Shown here piece by piece: positions 54,672 to 64,000 of a stretch of 64,000 bases of DNA (the stretch's first letter is position 1; every line of letters begins with the position of its first letter). The notes under the pieces are model-generated. The model was given only the letters and a program-made list of their open reading frames with translations. It searched no databases and had not been told where the DNA came from. The DNA lies in NCBI GenBank assembly GCA_963727505.1, contig CAVSGP010000004.1, forward strand, positions 32,001-96,000, given 5' to 3'. The stretch is from an uncultured Trueperaceae bacterium (GTDB lineage Bacteria > Deinococcota > Deinococci > Deinococcales > Trueperaceae). Both the position numbers and the translations under genes were made by a program.

Positions 54672-55126
54672 GTCCCTACCTCGGGCGCCGCGTCGTTGCC
54701 GGCCAGCTTCAGGATCCGGCGTTCGGCGGCCCGGAACGGCTGCCATGCGGCCTCGGACGTGTGGTCGAAGCCGCGCAGGTGCGTGAGCCCGTGGGCGGCC
54801 AGCACCAGCACTTCCTGCTCGAGCCCGACCCCCAGCTCGACGGCTTGCCGCGCCGCGGTATCGAGGCTGATGAAGATGTCGCCCAGGTGGGGCACGGCCG
54901 GGAAGCCGTCGTCATCCGGTTCGACGGTCGGGTAGGAGAGCACGTCGGTAGGCGCGTCGACCCCGCGGTCGCGGGCGTTGCGTTCGTGCATGGCCACGTC
55001 ACCGATCAGGACCACGGTGAGGTCCCGTCCCTCCGATCCCAGCTCCGCCAGCAGCGCGCTCAGGGCGCGCTCCAGGCGGTCAACCGGTCGGTAGTGCTGC
55101 GTCTCGTCGAGGATCTCCACTGCCAC
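54668..55126 (-). CDS. ybeY: rRNA maturation RNase YbeY
   Basis: PTDVLSY, LGDIFIS, HGLTHLRGFDH; start GTG 55126. Confidence 0.94.
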   Translation of the reverse strand: MAVEILDETQHYRPVDRLERALSALLAELGSEGRDLTVVLIGDVAMHERNARDRGVDAPTDVLSYPTVEPDDDGFPAVPHLGDIFISLDTAARQAVELGVGLEQEVLVLAAHGLTHLRGFDHTSEAAWQPFRAAERRILKLAGNDAAPEVGT

Positions 55127-57044
55127 GGCGAAGCGACTTGACCTCCTCCGGGGAAGGATAGCTGATGCGGCGGTGAAGGATCGCCGTGAGCATGCGCTCG
55201 AAGGTGTTGGCGATGATCTCCAGGTCATGGAAGTTCAGCGCGCTCTCGGAAAGCTGCTCGTCCTGCAGGCGCTGGTCGAACAACCGGTCGATCATCGCAC
55301 GGATGCTCGACTGGCTCGGCTCGGTCAGCGTGCGAGACGCCGATTCGACGGTGTCGGCCAGCATCAACACGGCCGTCTCCTTGGAGTGCGGCTTGGGGCC
55401 GGAGTAGCGGAAGTTCAACTCGTCGATGTTGGACGCATCCTCGAGCGCGCGCTTGTAGAAGTAGCTCAGCACGGTGGTGCCGTGATGCTCCGCGACGTAG
55501 GGGGCGAGCTCGCGCGGCATCTTGAACTCGCGCAGCAGCTCGAGCCCGTCGCGCACGTGGCTGGTGATGATCAGGTAGCTGAGGTGGGGGCTGACGTGGT
55601 CGTGAGGATTCTCGCCGCTGAACTGGTTCTCGACGAAGAAGTGCGGCCGACGCATCTTGCCGACGTCGTGATAGAGCGCACCCACCCGCGCCTGCAGGGC
55701 GTTGCCACCGACGTTCTGCACCGCCTGCTCGACCAGGTTGCTGATGATCAGGCTGTGCTGATAGGTGCCCGGCGCCTCGATGAGCAGGCGCTGCAGCAGC
55801 GGGCTGGTCGGGCTGGAGAGCTCGAGCAGCCGGTAATCGGTCAGGAACCCGAACCCGCTCTCGGCCAGCGGCAGCAGCCCCAGGGCGGTGATGCCCGCGA
55901 GCACCCCCCCGGCCAGCATGAACAGGGCTCCCAGCGCGGTGCCACCGGCGGTCATGCCGCCCCCGACCAGCACCAGCACCACCATCGTGGCCCCGCTGGC
56001 GAGTCCGCCGATGGTTCCGGCCAGCAGCAGCGCCACGCGGCTGCGCACCGTGAGCACCAGCAGGCACGCCACCACTGAGCCGATCAACGTGCCGCCCAAC
56101 ACGAACATCGGCGCCAGCGGCGCCAGCAGTCCCACCGCCAACGCCATCCACACCGCCCACATCAGCCCCGCGGTCTCGGAGATGAGGACCGCCACCACCA
56201 GCGGCACCAACAGGCCGAACAAGAAGTTCCCCGAAGCCAGCAACGCCAGCCGCTGGACCGCCACCACCGCCAGGGTCAGCACCACCAGGAACGTGAGCTG
56301 TGACATGGAGAGACCGGGCGCCAGGCTACGCCGCGCATACAGCAACGGGGCGCTCAGAAGCAGCGCCAGCAGGAACGAACCCAGCAGGATCCAGAAGGTG
56401 CCCTTGAGCTGCGCCGTACGGGCGCTGTACAACCCGAGCGCCTCCAGCACCCGCAGGTTGTCCTCGGTGAGCGTGCTTCCCTCGCGCACGATGATCTGAC
56501 CGGCGCGCAGCGACTGCATCACCGGCTGCACGGCCGAGGCCGCGGCGTCGCGTGCCGCCTCGGTGAGCTTGGCGTCCGGCACCGACGTGGCCACCAGGTA
56601 ACGCTGCAACAGCAGCCGCACGCCACGCTGGCGGTCCGGCGGCGCCTTCTGCACGGCCTGTTCGACCAGGGAAGGGATCTCCGTGTCCTTGACCCCGTTG
56701 GGGTCGCCGTAGGCGTTGACGATGAAGTCCACCACGTCGGGGGGCAGACTCGATGAGGTGACGGCGCTCGTGACGAGGTTCTGCAGCTCGGCGTCGCTGG
56801 TGTAGACGGCGCCGATCTGGGCCCGGGCCGCCTGCCGCTCGCGCTCGGTGGCGATGCGGTCGATCACCTGAGTGTCGACGGGCGCGACGAAGGTCTGCGG
56901 GCTCACCTCGCCGGCACGCAACGCCGAGGCGCCGCGACCGCCGTAGACGCTGAAGAGCAGCGCGGTGAGGGCCGCCACGGACAGCGCGAACAACAGCCAT
57001 AGCCGCGCGTCGCGTCGACGCGGGCGTCTAGGTCTGCTGCTCAT
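55080..57044 (-). CDS. 7TM-HD phosphohydrolase (PgpH/YqfF-like, putative c-di-AMP phosphodiesterase)
   Basis: Extracellular domain plus TM bundle; APGTYQHS, YHDVGK, EHHGT, MLAD. Confidence 0.88.
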   Translation of the reverse strand: MSSRPRRPRRRDARLWLLFALSVAALTALLFSVYGGRGASALRAGEVSPQTFVAPVDTQVIDRIATERERQAARAQIGAVYTSDAELQNLVTSAVTSSSLPPDVVDFIVNAYGDPNGVKDTEIPSLVEQAVQKAPPDRQRGVRLLLQRYLVATSVPDAKLTEAARDAAASAVQPVMQSLRAGQIIVREGSTLTEDNLRVLEALGLYSARTAQLKGTFWILLGSFLLALLLSAPLLYARRSLAPGLSMSQLTFLVVLTLAVVAVQRLALLASGNFLFGLLVPLVVAVLISETAGLMWAVWMALAVGLLAPLAPMFVLGGTLIGSVVACLLVLTVRSRVALLLAGTIGGLASGATMVVLVLVGGGMTAGGTALGALFMLAGGVLAGITALGLLPLAESGFGFLTDYRLLELSSPTSPLLQRLLIEAPGTYQHSLIISNLVEQAVQNVGGNALQARVGALYHDVGKMRRPHFFVENQFSGENPHDHVSPHLSYLIITSHVRDGLELLREFKMPRELAPYVAEHHGTTVLSYFYKRALEDASNIDELNFRYSGPKPHSKETAVLMLADTVESASRTLTEPSQSSIRAMIDRLFDQRLQDEQLSESALNFHDLEIIANTFERMLTAILHRRISYPSPEEVKSLRRGSGDPRRDAALPTG

Positions 57045-57993
57045 AGGCCAGGATGATCTGCGCGACCAACGGATGGCGAACCACGTCAGCCTTGCTGAAG
57101 GTGATGAAGGCGATCCCTTCGATGCCCTGCAGGATCGACTCGGCGGTCGACAGGCCGCTCCTGACGCCGCCTGGCAGGTCGGTCTGGGTGGTGTCGCCGG
57201 TGACGACGACCTTGCTGTTGAAACCCATGCGCGTCAGGAACATCTTCATCTGCTCGGCGGTGGTGTTCTGCGCTTCGTCGAGGATGATGAAAGCGTCGTT
57301 GAGGGTGCGCCCGCGCATGAAGGCGAGCGGCGCCACCTCGATGGTGCCGAGCTCGAGGAGCTTCTCGACCCGGTCGGCCGGTAGCATGTCGTACAGGGCG
57401 TCGTACAGCGGGCGGAGGTAGGGGTCGATCTTGGCCTGCAGGTCACCCGGAAGGAAGCCGAGACGCTCACCGGCCTCCACGGCTGGGCGGGTCAGGATGA
57501 TGCGCTTCACCCGACGATGGGTGAGCGCCTCCACCGCCATGGCCACGGCCAGGTAGGTCTTACCGGTGCCGGCCGGTCCGCTGCCGAACACGATCGGGTT
57601 GTCGTGGATAGCGGCGACGTAGCGCCGCTGACCCGCCGTCTTGGGCTTGGCGCGGCCGGGCAGGTGCGGCTCCTCCGGAGGGGGCTCGGTTGCGGGGGGA
57701 CGGTCACGGAGGCGCTCGAGATCGCTGTACTCGAGCTCGGTCAGCGAGACCCCCCCACCGCTGCGGATGGTGTCGATCAGCGAGCGGAAGGTCCGCGCTG
57801 CTTCCTCGACGTCCGCCTCCTCGCCCGTCAGGCGCAACTCGTCGCCGCGCGCGACCACAGTCGCGCTCAGTCGCGTCCTTAGGAGTCGGAGGTTCTCGTC
57901 GTTCTGCCCGAAGAGGGACAGCGCCTCCGCCGGGCTCCGGAGCTTCAGCGTGACCGAGGTCGCGATGGTACCCTCCCGCGCCGACGTTTCCAT
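57028..57993 (-). CDS. phoH: PhoH family ATPase
   Basis: GPAGTGKT, RPAVEAGE, GFLPGD, MRGRT, DEAQN. Confidence 0.95.
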   Translation of the reverse strand: METSAREGTIATSVTLKLRSPAEALSLFGQNDENLRLLRTRLSATVVARGDELRLTGEEADVEEAARTFRSLIDTIRSGGGVSLTELEYSDLERLRDRPPATEPPPEEPHLPGRAKPKTAGQRRYVAAIHDNPIVFGSGPAGTGKTYLAVAMAVEALTHRRVKRIILTRPAVEAGERLGFLPGDLQAKIDPYLRPLYDALYDMLPADRVEKLLELGTIEVAPLAFMRGRTLNDAFIILDEAQNTTAEQMKMFLTRMGFNSKVVVTGDTTQTDLPGGVRSGLSTAESILQGIEGIAFITFSKADVVRHPLVAQIILAYEQQT

Positions 57994-58796
57994 GCCGGCT
58001 CGTCCAGGATCTCGTGCCAGATCAGGCCGCTCACGATGGACTCGCGGTCGAAGCGAAGCCTCCCCACGCCCACCAGTCTAGCGCCGTCGCGGCCTGCGCG
58101 TCGTCGCGCGTGGGCGGGCATCGCGTCGGGGCGCCGTGCCCCGTCGGACGACGCAGGCGGACGACGCTCCCGCTGACGGGCCCTCGAGGGCGCATCACCC
58201 GCGGCAGTCCGCGTTCGCAACTCGGCCTCGCCCGCCGTCTCCCTGCCCGCGCGAGGATCCGACGTCGGGGGCATGCCTTCGCGCCCCAGCCCTGGTCCGG
58301 CACGCTGCACGTCCCCGGGGCCGACGAGTCCCTTCTCGAACGGGTCATCCGGGACCAGCCGACCCTGCCCGGAGGGCCGCGGCTGGCCCCCGAACGGGTC
58401 CTCCGGGACCATCGACCGACCCTGCGTGGTGGGCCGCGGTTGTCCCCGGAAGGGGTCCTCCGGCACCATCGTCCGCCGCCGGTCGGCGGGCGCCAGGGGC
58501 TCGAAGGGATCCTCGGATACCAGCGTGCGCCCCTGTGCGGGCCGGGTCGAGGCCTCGGCCGTTGCCCGCTCGCGCGCTTCGCGCACCCGCCTCTGCGCCT
58601 CCGCCACCCACTCCGGAAGGTCTCCCTGCCCGCGGGGTGGCACCTGCTCGGCGGGGGAGCCGTCCGGCGCGGGAGGCCGGGTGGGGCCCTGCCGACTCGT
58701 GGGCGGCCGATTGCGCTCGCGCAGCACGCGCGACACCAGCGGCAACACGATGAACACCACCACGAACAGCAAGGTCAGCAGGGTGTCGAAGCTCAC
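57945..58796 (-). CDS. Membrane-anchored, mostly disordered YqfB-like protein
   Basis: N-terminal TM, internal DPF repeats, C-terminal [12 protein letters not shown] motif; lies between floA and phoH. Confidence 0.65.
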   Translation of the reverse strand: MSFDTLLTLLFVVVFIVLPLVSRVLRERNRPPTSRQGPTRPPAPDGSPAEQVPPRGQGDLPEWVAEAQRRVREARERATAEASTRPAQGRTLVSEDPFEPLAPADRRRTMVPEDPFRGQPRPTTQGRSMVPEDPFGGQPRPSGQGRLVPDDPFEKGLVGPGDVQRAGPGLGREGMPPTSDPRAGRETAGEAELRTRTAAGDAPSRARQRERRPPASSDGARRPDAMPAHARRRAGRDGARLVGVGRLRFDRESIVSGLIWHEILDEPAWKRRRGRVPSRPRSR

Positions 58797-59773
58797 GACT
58801 CCTCGTCGCCCTCCAGGCCGGCAGCACGGCCGATGCTTCCCCGCATGCTGGTGTCGGACTGGATGTTCTGCAGGTTGTAGTAGTCCATCACGCCCAGATT
58901 GCCCTTCTGGAAGGCCTCGGCGATGGCCCGGGGCACCTCGGCCTCGGCCTCGACCACTTTGGCGCGCATGGCGGACACCTGCGCGCGGTTCTCTTGCTCG
59001 GCTGCTACGGCCATGGCGCGCCGCTCCTCGGCCTTCGCCTGCGCGACCCGCTTGTCGGCCTCCGCCTGGTCGGTCTGCAGCTGGGCTCCGATGTTGCGTC
59101 CCACGTTCACGTCGGCGATGTCGATCGACAGGATCTCGAAGGCGGTGCCGGAGTCGAGGCCCTTGGCCAGCACGGCTTTCGAGATGGTGTCGGGGTTCTC
59201 CAGAGTGTCCTTGAAGCTCTTGGTCGAGCCGATGGAGGAGACGATGCCCTCACCTACGCGAGCGATGATGGTCTCCTCGCCGGCGCCACCGACCAGGCGC
59301 TCGAGGTTCGCCCGCACCGTGATGCGCGCCGTGGCGATGAGCTCGATGCCGTCCTTGGCGACGGCGCTGACGTTGGGGGTCTGGATGACACGTGGGTTGA
59401 CGGAAACCTTGACGGCGTCCAACACGTCACGGCCTGCAAGGTCGATGGCCGCCGCCCGGTCGAACGGAAGGTGGATGCGTGCCTTGTCGGCCGCGATGAG
59501 GGCGTCGACGACCCGATCGACGTTGCCGCCGGCGAGGTAGTGCGCCTCCAGTTGGTTCTGCTCCACCTCGATACCCGCCTTGTCCGCCTTGATGAGCGGC
59601 AGGATGATCCGGTTGGGTGGCACCCTTCGCAGCTTCATGGCCACCAGGCTCGGGAGTCCGACCTGGACACCGGCCGCGATCGCCGAGATCCACAGCCCGA
59701 TCGGAACGACCGAGAACAGGATCAGGAAGAAGAGGACGATGGCGCCCGCGATGATCAGCAGGGTGTAGCTCAT
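58793..59773 (-). CDS. floA: Flotillin-like protein FloA (YqfA)
   Basis: [44 protein letters not shown] 59773. Confidence 0.95.
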   Translation of the reverse strand: MSYTLLIIAGAIVLFFLILFSVVPIGLWISAIAAGVQVGLPSLVAMKLRRVPPNRIILPLIKADKAGIEVEQNQLEAHYLAGGNVDRVVDALIAADKARIHLPFDRAAAIDLAGRDVLDAVKVSVNPRVIQTPNVSAVAKDGIELIATARITVRANLERLVGGAGEETIIARVGEGIVSSIGSTKSFKDTLENPDTISKAVLAKGLDSGTAFEILSIDIADVNVGRNIGAQLQTDQAEADKRVAQAKAEERRAMAVAAEQENRAQVSAMRAKVVEAEAEVPRAIAEAFQKGNLGVMDYYNLQNIQSDTSMRGSIGRAAGLEGDEES

Positions 59774-59825
59774 AACACCTCCAAGGTGGGGGAACGCACG
59801 GGATCGGCGGGGTCGCCGTCCCGGG

Positions 59826-61196
59826 TCAGGCTTCTTGCACGTCGCCCGTTTCGGGCTCGACGGCGCGGACCGTGACACGCATGCCCTCGACATGCAACAC
59901 GGTCAATCTGCTTCCGACAGGGATGTAGTCGCCCTCGCTCACGACATCGACGCGTTCCGTGTCGAAACGCGCCACGCCTGCGGGCCGCAGGTCGGACACC
60001 GCGATGCCCTCACGTCCAGCCAGGTAGGCGCGGTCGGCGCTGCCGGGGGGACCCACGGTCGATGGCGAGGGGGGATTGGTGATCCGGGCGGTGAGCCGGA
60101 ACGCAGCGGCGATCCTGCTGTGCGGCAGGACCCACAACAGGGCCGCCACCAGCACGCCGCCGAACAGCGCGCTGTACCCCAGCACGGTCGCGGCGGAGCC
60201 CTGGAAGATCCGCACGATGGCGACGATCACCGCGGCGATCCCGAGCACGCCTGCCACCCCGAAACCGGGGATCACCAGCACCTCGGCGGCGAGAAGCAAT
60301 ACGCCGGCAACGATCAGGAGGATGTCCAGTGGACCGGCCGGGGTAGCAACGAAGGCGCCGGTGGCCAGCAGCACCAGCGCCACCAGCCCCAACCCTCCGA
60401 AGACCCCGAAACCGGGTGTGAAGATCTCGATGAGCAGGCCGCCAACACCGATCACCAGCAGTGCGGCGGCCGCGATGGGCGTCGTCAGGGCACCCGCGAG
60501 GCGTTCGCTCAGGTTCGGCCCCATGCGGGTGACGGCCGCGCCGCCGTAGCCCCACTGCTGCAGAGCGTCGCGCACGCTGCTCGCCTGGATGTTGGCGATG
60601 TTGTTGTCCACGGCCTCCTTGGCCGTGAGCGTGACAAGCTCCTTGTCGGTCGCGATGCCCGGGATGGACACGGACGGGTCGACCATCCCCTCGGCGACCT
60701 GGGCATTGCGCCCCCTCGCCTCGGCAACGCTCCGGAACTCGCCGCGCATGGCGGAGTTGTACTTCTCGTTGACGGGTTTGGCGCCGGTAGGGGTAGGCGT
60801 GATCGGGAGAGCGGCCCCGATCGAGGAGCCCGGCAACATGGCCAGCTTCTCGGCGCTCATGGCGATGAGCGCGCCGGCGCTGAAGGCGTTCTGCGCCACC
60901 GCCAGCGTGGGCACCTGGGCGTCGTTGAGCACGGCGTCGACGATCGACTGCATGGCCGTGATCCGTCCGCCGGGGGTATCGAGGTAGAACAGCAGCGCCA
61001 GGGGTTGGTCGCGGTTGGCCCGCGTGATGCGGGCCTTGACGAATTGCGCCGTTGCCGGCGTGATCTCGCCTTCGATGGGCACGAGCCAGACACTGTTTCC
61101 CCCCGCCTGCGCGCGACCGACCGCGCCGGTCGCCATCAGCGCGAAGGTAACGGCCAGGACGAGGGCGAGCCGGGTCGGCCAGGAGGCTGTCCTCAC
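59826..61196 (-). CDS. nfeD: Long NfeD family membrane-bound serine protease
   Basis: [26 protein letters not shown] plus OB fold; leaderless TACACT. Confidence 0.9.
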   Translation of the reverse strand: MRTASWPTRLALVLAVTFALMATGAVGRAQAGGNSVWLVPIEGEITPATAQFVKARITRANRDQPLALLFYLDTPGGRITAMQSIVDAVLNDAQVPTLAVAQNAFSAGALIAMSAEKLAMLPGSSIGAALPITPTPTGAKPVNEKYNSAMRGEFRSVAEARGRNAQVAEGMVDPSVSIPGIATDKELVTLTAKEAVDNNIANIQASSVRDALQQWGYGGAAVTRMGPNLSERLAGALTTPIAAAALLVIGVGGLLIEIFTPGFGVFGGLGLVALVLLATGAFVATPAGPLDILLIVAGVLLLAAEVLVIPGFGVAGVLGIAAVIVAIVRIFQGSAATVLGYSALFGGVLVAALLWVLPHSRIAAAFRLTARITNPPSPSTVGPPGSADRAYLAGREGIAVSDLRPAGVARFDTERVDVVSEGDYIPVGSRLTVLHVEGMRVTVRAVEPETGDVQEA

Positions 61197-61281
61197 AACA
61201 CCAGTGTAGCACGCACCCCGGCCCGGCGAAGGACCGGGATGCGCCCTACAGTACTGTCCTGGACGCTGTTCCCGCGGATCG

Positions 61282-63090
61282 TCAATCGAGCCCGGGTGCG
61301 GCCGCGTGGTCGTTGCTCGTGCGAAGCGTCAGCACGGGAACGAACATCGTCACCAGGAACCCCAGCACGACGACCAGCAGCAAGTCGCGGTAGACGTGGG
61401 TCACCGCCGTGGCGAAGGCCTGCTTGATGCTGGTGGTGACCTGGGCGGCCACCGACTTTGCCTGCTGCTGGAACTGGTCGTGCAGCTGGGCAAGGAAGCT
61501 CGTCTCGGCCTGCTGGCTGCGCATGGCCTGGGTCGCGCCCAGCGTCACCATCGCTTTGGCGGCTCCCGGCATGGGACTGGCGGCCACGACCTGTTGGACC
61601 TTCGCCACATCCCCGGCGCGCACGGCGTCCGCGATGGCCTGGTACTCCTGGTCGAAGGCCTTGGTGATGCCCGTCTGGACCTGGTCGAGTCCCTGTGCGC
61701 CGACCTGGCTCCCGGCGCCGAACGACGAGGGATCCATGCCTGCGGGCGCCTGCATGGCGCTGAAGGAGGCCGTGAGGCTGGTGGCCAGCACCGTCCCCAT
61801 CACCGCAGCGCCCACCGTGCCGCCGATCTGCCGGAAGAACTGCGATGCGCTGGTGGCCTGCCCGACCCGCCGCACGTCGACGGCGTTCTGGATCGCCAAC
61901 GTGTACAGCGGCATCGACGGGCCCACCCCCAGGCCCGCGATCACCATGTAGATGGTGACGCGCCAATAGGGGACGTCCGGGCCCATGCGCGAGAGCAGCA
62001 GGATGCCCACGAACAGGATTGCGGCGCCGAGCAGCATCAGCAGCCGGTAGCGGCCCATGGCGGACACGAGCTGACCGCTCACCACCGCTCCGAACACCAG
62101 CCCCAGCGACAACGGGATGAGGCTGATGCCGGCGCGGGTGGCGGACACGCCGACCACGTTCACCATGAACAGCGGCAGGAAGATGATGAGCGACAGGAAC
62201 GCAGCGCCGAGGAAGAACAGCGCCAGGTTCGAAGTGGAGAACACGCGGTTACGGAACAGCGACAGGTCGAGGATGGGATTGGCCGAGGTCAGGGAGCGCA
62301 GCACGAACCCGACCAGGAGCGCCGTGCCACCGATCAAGAGGCCCAGCGTCACGGGGCCACCCCAGGGGTAGGTGGTCTTGTCGAGCTGCAGGGCCAGCAC
62401 GATCGGGACCAGGCCGAGCACCAACAGCGCGGCCCCCAGGATGTCCATCGCCTTGTGGTCGGCCGACGGCTTCAGGGGCGGCATGCGCCGCAGCAGGAAC
62501 CACAGCGCGATCGCCCCGGTCGGCACGTTGACGTAGAACACCCAGCGCCAGCCTTCCACGCCGGGGATGATCCCTCCCGCGTAGTCGGTGAGAAGGCCAC
62601 CCAGCCACGGGCCGATGACGCTGGCGATCCCGAACGTCGCCCCCACCAGACCCTGATAGCGACCGCGCACGTTGGGGGGGAACAGGTCGGCGATGATGAT
62701 GAACGCCATGGAGAACAGGCCGGCTCCGCCGATCCCCTGCAAACCGCGCATGATGATGAGCTGGCTCATGCCGTCGCCCAGCAGCGGCAGCTTCCCGAAC
62801 TCCCCGGCCAGGCCGGAGAGGAACGATCCGAGCAGGAAGGTCGACACCGAGAAGATCTCGATCGACTTGCGGGACACGGTGTCGGCCAGCTTGCCGTAGA
62901 TCGGCACCAACGCCGTCGATGCCAGCAAGTAGGCGGTGGCGACCCAGGCGTAGCGCTTGATGCCGTTGAGATCCTCGACGATGCGAGGGAGAGCGGTCGC
63001 CACGATGGTCTGATCGAGAGCGCCCAGGAACAGGGCCAGCAGGATGCCGATCAGGATGAGGGTGCGGTCACGGGATGAGGTCACGGTCAT
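61282..63090 (-). CDS. MDR family MFS transporter (14-TMS DHA2)
   Basis: LDQTIVATALP, GKLAD, RGLQGIGG, WRWVFYVNVP, FFRQIGG. Confidence 0.93.
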   Translation of the reverse strand: MTVTSSRDRTLILIGILLALFLGALDQTIVATALPRIVEDLNGIKRYAWVATAYLLASTALVPIYGKLADTVSRKSIEIFSVSTFLLGSFLSGLAGEFGKLPLLGDGMSQLIIMRGLQGIGGAGLFSMAFIIIADLFPPNVRGRYQGLVGATFGIASVIGPWLGGLLTDYAGGIIPGVEGWRWVFYVNVPTGAIALWFLLRRMPPLKPSADHKAMDILGAALLVLGLVPIVLALQLDKTTYPWGGPVTLGLLIGGTALLVGFVLRSLTSANPILDLSLFRNRVFSTSNLALFFLGAAFLSLIIFLPLFMVNVVGVSATRAGISLIPLSLGLVFGAVVSGQLVSAMGRYRLLMLLGAAILFVGILLLSRMGPDVPYWRVTIYMVIAGLGVGPSMPLYTLAIQNAVDVRRVGQATSASQFFRQIGGTVGAAVMGTVLATSLTASFSAMQAPAGMDPSSFGAGSQVGAQGLDQVQTGITKAFDQEYQAIADAVRAGDVAKVQQVVAASPMPGAAKAMVTLGATQAMRSQQAETSFLAQLHDQFQQQAKSVAAQVTTSIKQAFATAVTHVYRDLLLVVVLGFLVTMFVPVLTLRTSNDHAAAPGLD

Positions 63091-63524
63091 GCGCTGCGGT
63101 CCTTTGCGAGGGTCTCGAGGGTGTCGAGGAAGGTGTCGAGCGCGGCGGTGTCGAGGATGCCGAGGAAGGCTTCGGTCTCGGCCGCCATGGTCGCTCCGGC
63201 GCGCTCCAGGCGCTCGGTGCCGGCTCTGGTGAGGCTCAGGACGCGGCGCCGCGCGTCACGCGGGTCGAGGCGGCGCCGGATCAGGCGCTGCTTCTCGAGA
63301 GCGTCCAGCCGTCTGGAGATGGCGTGAGGTGGCATCTCCAGGGCGGCCGCGATCTCGGTGGGGGAGAGGTCGCTGGAAGCGATACGGTCGAGCAGGAAGA
63401 AGTCGCCCATCTCGAGCCCGTGGCGCTCCTTCAAGACGGGGCCCGTGTGACGAAAGATGCGCTGCCTCACGGCCCAGAAGCCGTAGAGGAAGCGTCGCGT
63501 GGGTCCGGTCTGCAGTATTTGCAC
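63087..63524 (-). CDS. MarR family transcriptional regulator
   Basis: ISRRLDALEKQRLI, DPRDARR, LTRAG; overlaps the MFS start. Confidence 0.9.
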   Translation of the reverse strand: MQILQTGPTRRFLYGFWAVRQRIFRHTGPVLKERHGLEMGDFFLLDRIASSDLSPTEIAAALEMPPHAISRRLDALEKQRLIRRRLDPRDARRRVLSLTRAGTERLERAGATMAAETEAFLGILDTAALDTFLDTLETLAKDRSA

Positions 63525-63534
63525 CCTGCAACTA
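63516..63534. promoter_or_regulatory. Putative MarR operator over the marR start codon
   Basis: TATTTGCA-CCC-TGCAACTA inverted repeat, 1 mismatch. Confidence 0.6.
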
Positions 63535-63599
63535 TCTCAGCTCGTATACCTCGACACTGTAGCGCGGGCATCACTCCCGTCGAAGGGGCCCTCGGCAGT

Positions 63600-63627
63600 C
63601 GTGCGCCCCGCCGAAGCGGGGCGCACG
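63600..63627 (-). terminator. Stem-loop downstream of tRNA-Trp
   Basis: CGTGCGCCCCGC-CGAA-GCGGGGCGCACG (UUCG loop on the minus strand). Confidence 0.7.
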
Positions 63628-63635
63628 GTGCTGCA

Positions 63636-63711
63636 TGGCGGGCGCAGGAGGACTTGAACCCCCGACCTACGGTTTTGGAGACCGCCGCTCTGCCAACTGA
63701 GCTATACGCCC
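63636..63711 (-). tRNA. tRNA-Trp (CCA)
   Basis: 76-nt cloverleaf GGGCGTA...CTCCAAA...TTCAAGT...TGCGCCC-G-CCA; promoter TTGGCA-17-TATACT at 63726-63754. Confidence 0.97.
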
Positions 63712-63885
63712 AAGAGCGAGTACGGAGTATACCAGCCCGCGCCGGCCCTGCCAACCGCGTCCTGCCAACCGCGGTGCCCGGCGCCGGCGCCCTGCCGATC
63801 GCCCGTCGCCCGGGATGGCGAACCGCCCCCGGGTCGCGTGCTATAACGACCGCAACGGGCATGGGGCCCGCGTTAGGAGCGCAGC

Positions 63886-64000
63886 ATGGAGGCAGTGGCA
63901 CGTCCGGAGGCCGGCACCGATGAACCGAGCTTGAGCGTCAGCCCGACGGCGGCCGTCAAGGCGGCAGCATTGCTCGAGCAGAACGGCAACCCCGAGGCAG
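63886..64000 (+). CDS. Partial CDS, possibly HesB/IscA family Fe-S assembly protein
   Basis: MEAVARPEAGTDEPSLSVSPTAAVKAAALLEQNGNPEA resembles IscA N-termini; truncated before the diagnostic GGCSG. Confidence 0.5.
   Translation, partial: MEAVARPEAGTDEPSLSVSPTAAVKAAALLEQNGNPEA

Noticed and set aside
61282..63711. Genomic island integrated at tRNA-Trp
   Set aside because: No integrase, no duplicated tRNA 3' end seen, no compositional shift

Overview
GC-rich bacterial chromosomal region with no phage, IS, CRISPR or defence island. Gene content and promoter style point to Deinococcota (inference; possibly Trueperaceae-like). It carries proline catabolism, LIV and peptide ABC transporters, a Crp regulator, lon, rsmB, ilvBNC-leuA-cimA, a stand-alone gltB, an RqkA-like Ser/Thr kinase with a small ribbon-helix-helix partner divergent from murA, hisCBH-SPOR-rapZ-yvcK, a Bacillus-like nfeD-floA-phoH-pgpH-ybeY-dgkA-cdd operon, marR-MFS and tRNA-Trp. 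The most interesting signals are regulatory and are absent from the ORF track: (1) an intact spoVS gene whose only plausible start is ATC, behind a perfect SD and a structured leader; (2) an RHH-kinase / murA divergent switch with overlapping -35 boxes and several operators; (3) an ilv leader peptide plus terminator; (4) an HspR HAIR-like operator on a membrane Zn-peptidase promoter; (5) a ~240-nt structured gltB leader; (6) a translationally coupled uORF; (7) many leaderless genes. All calls were made by eye, and no database searches were run.
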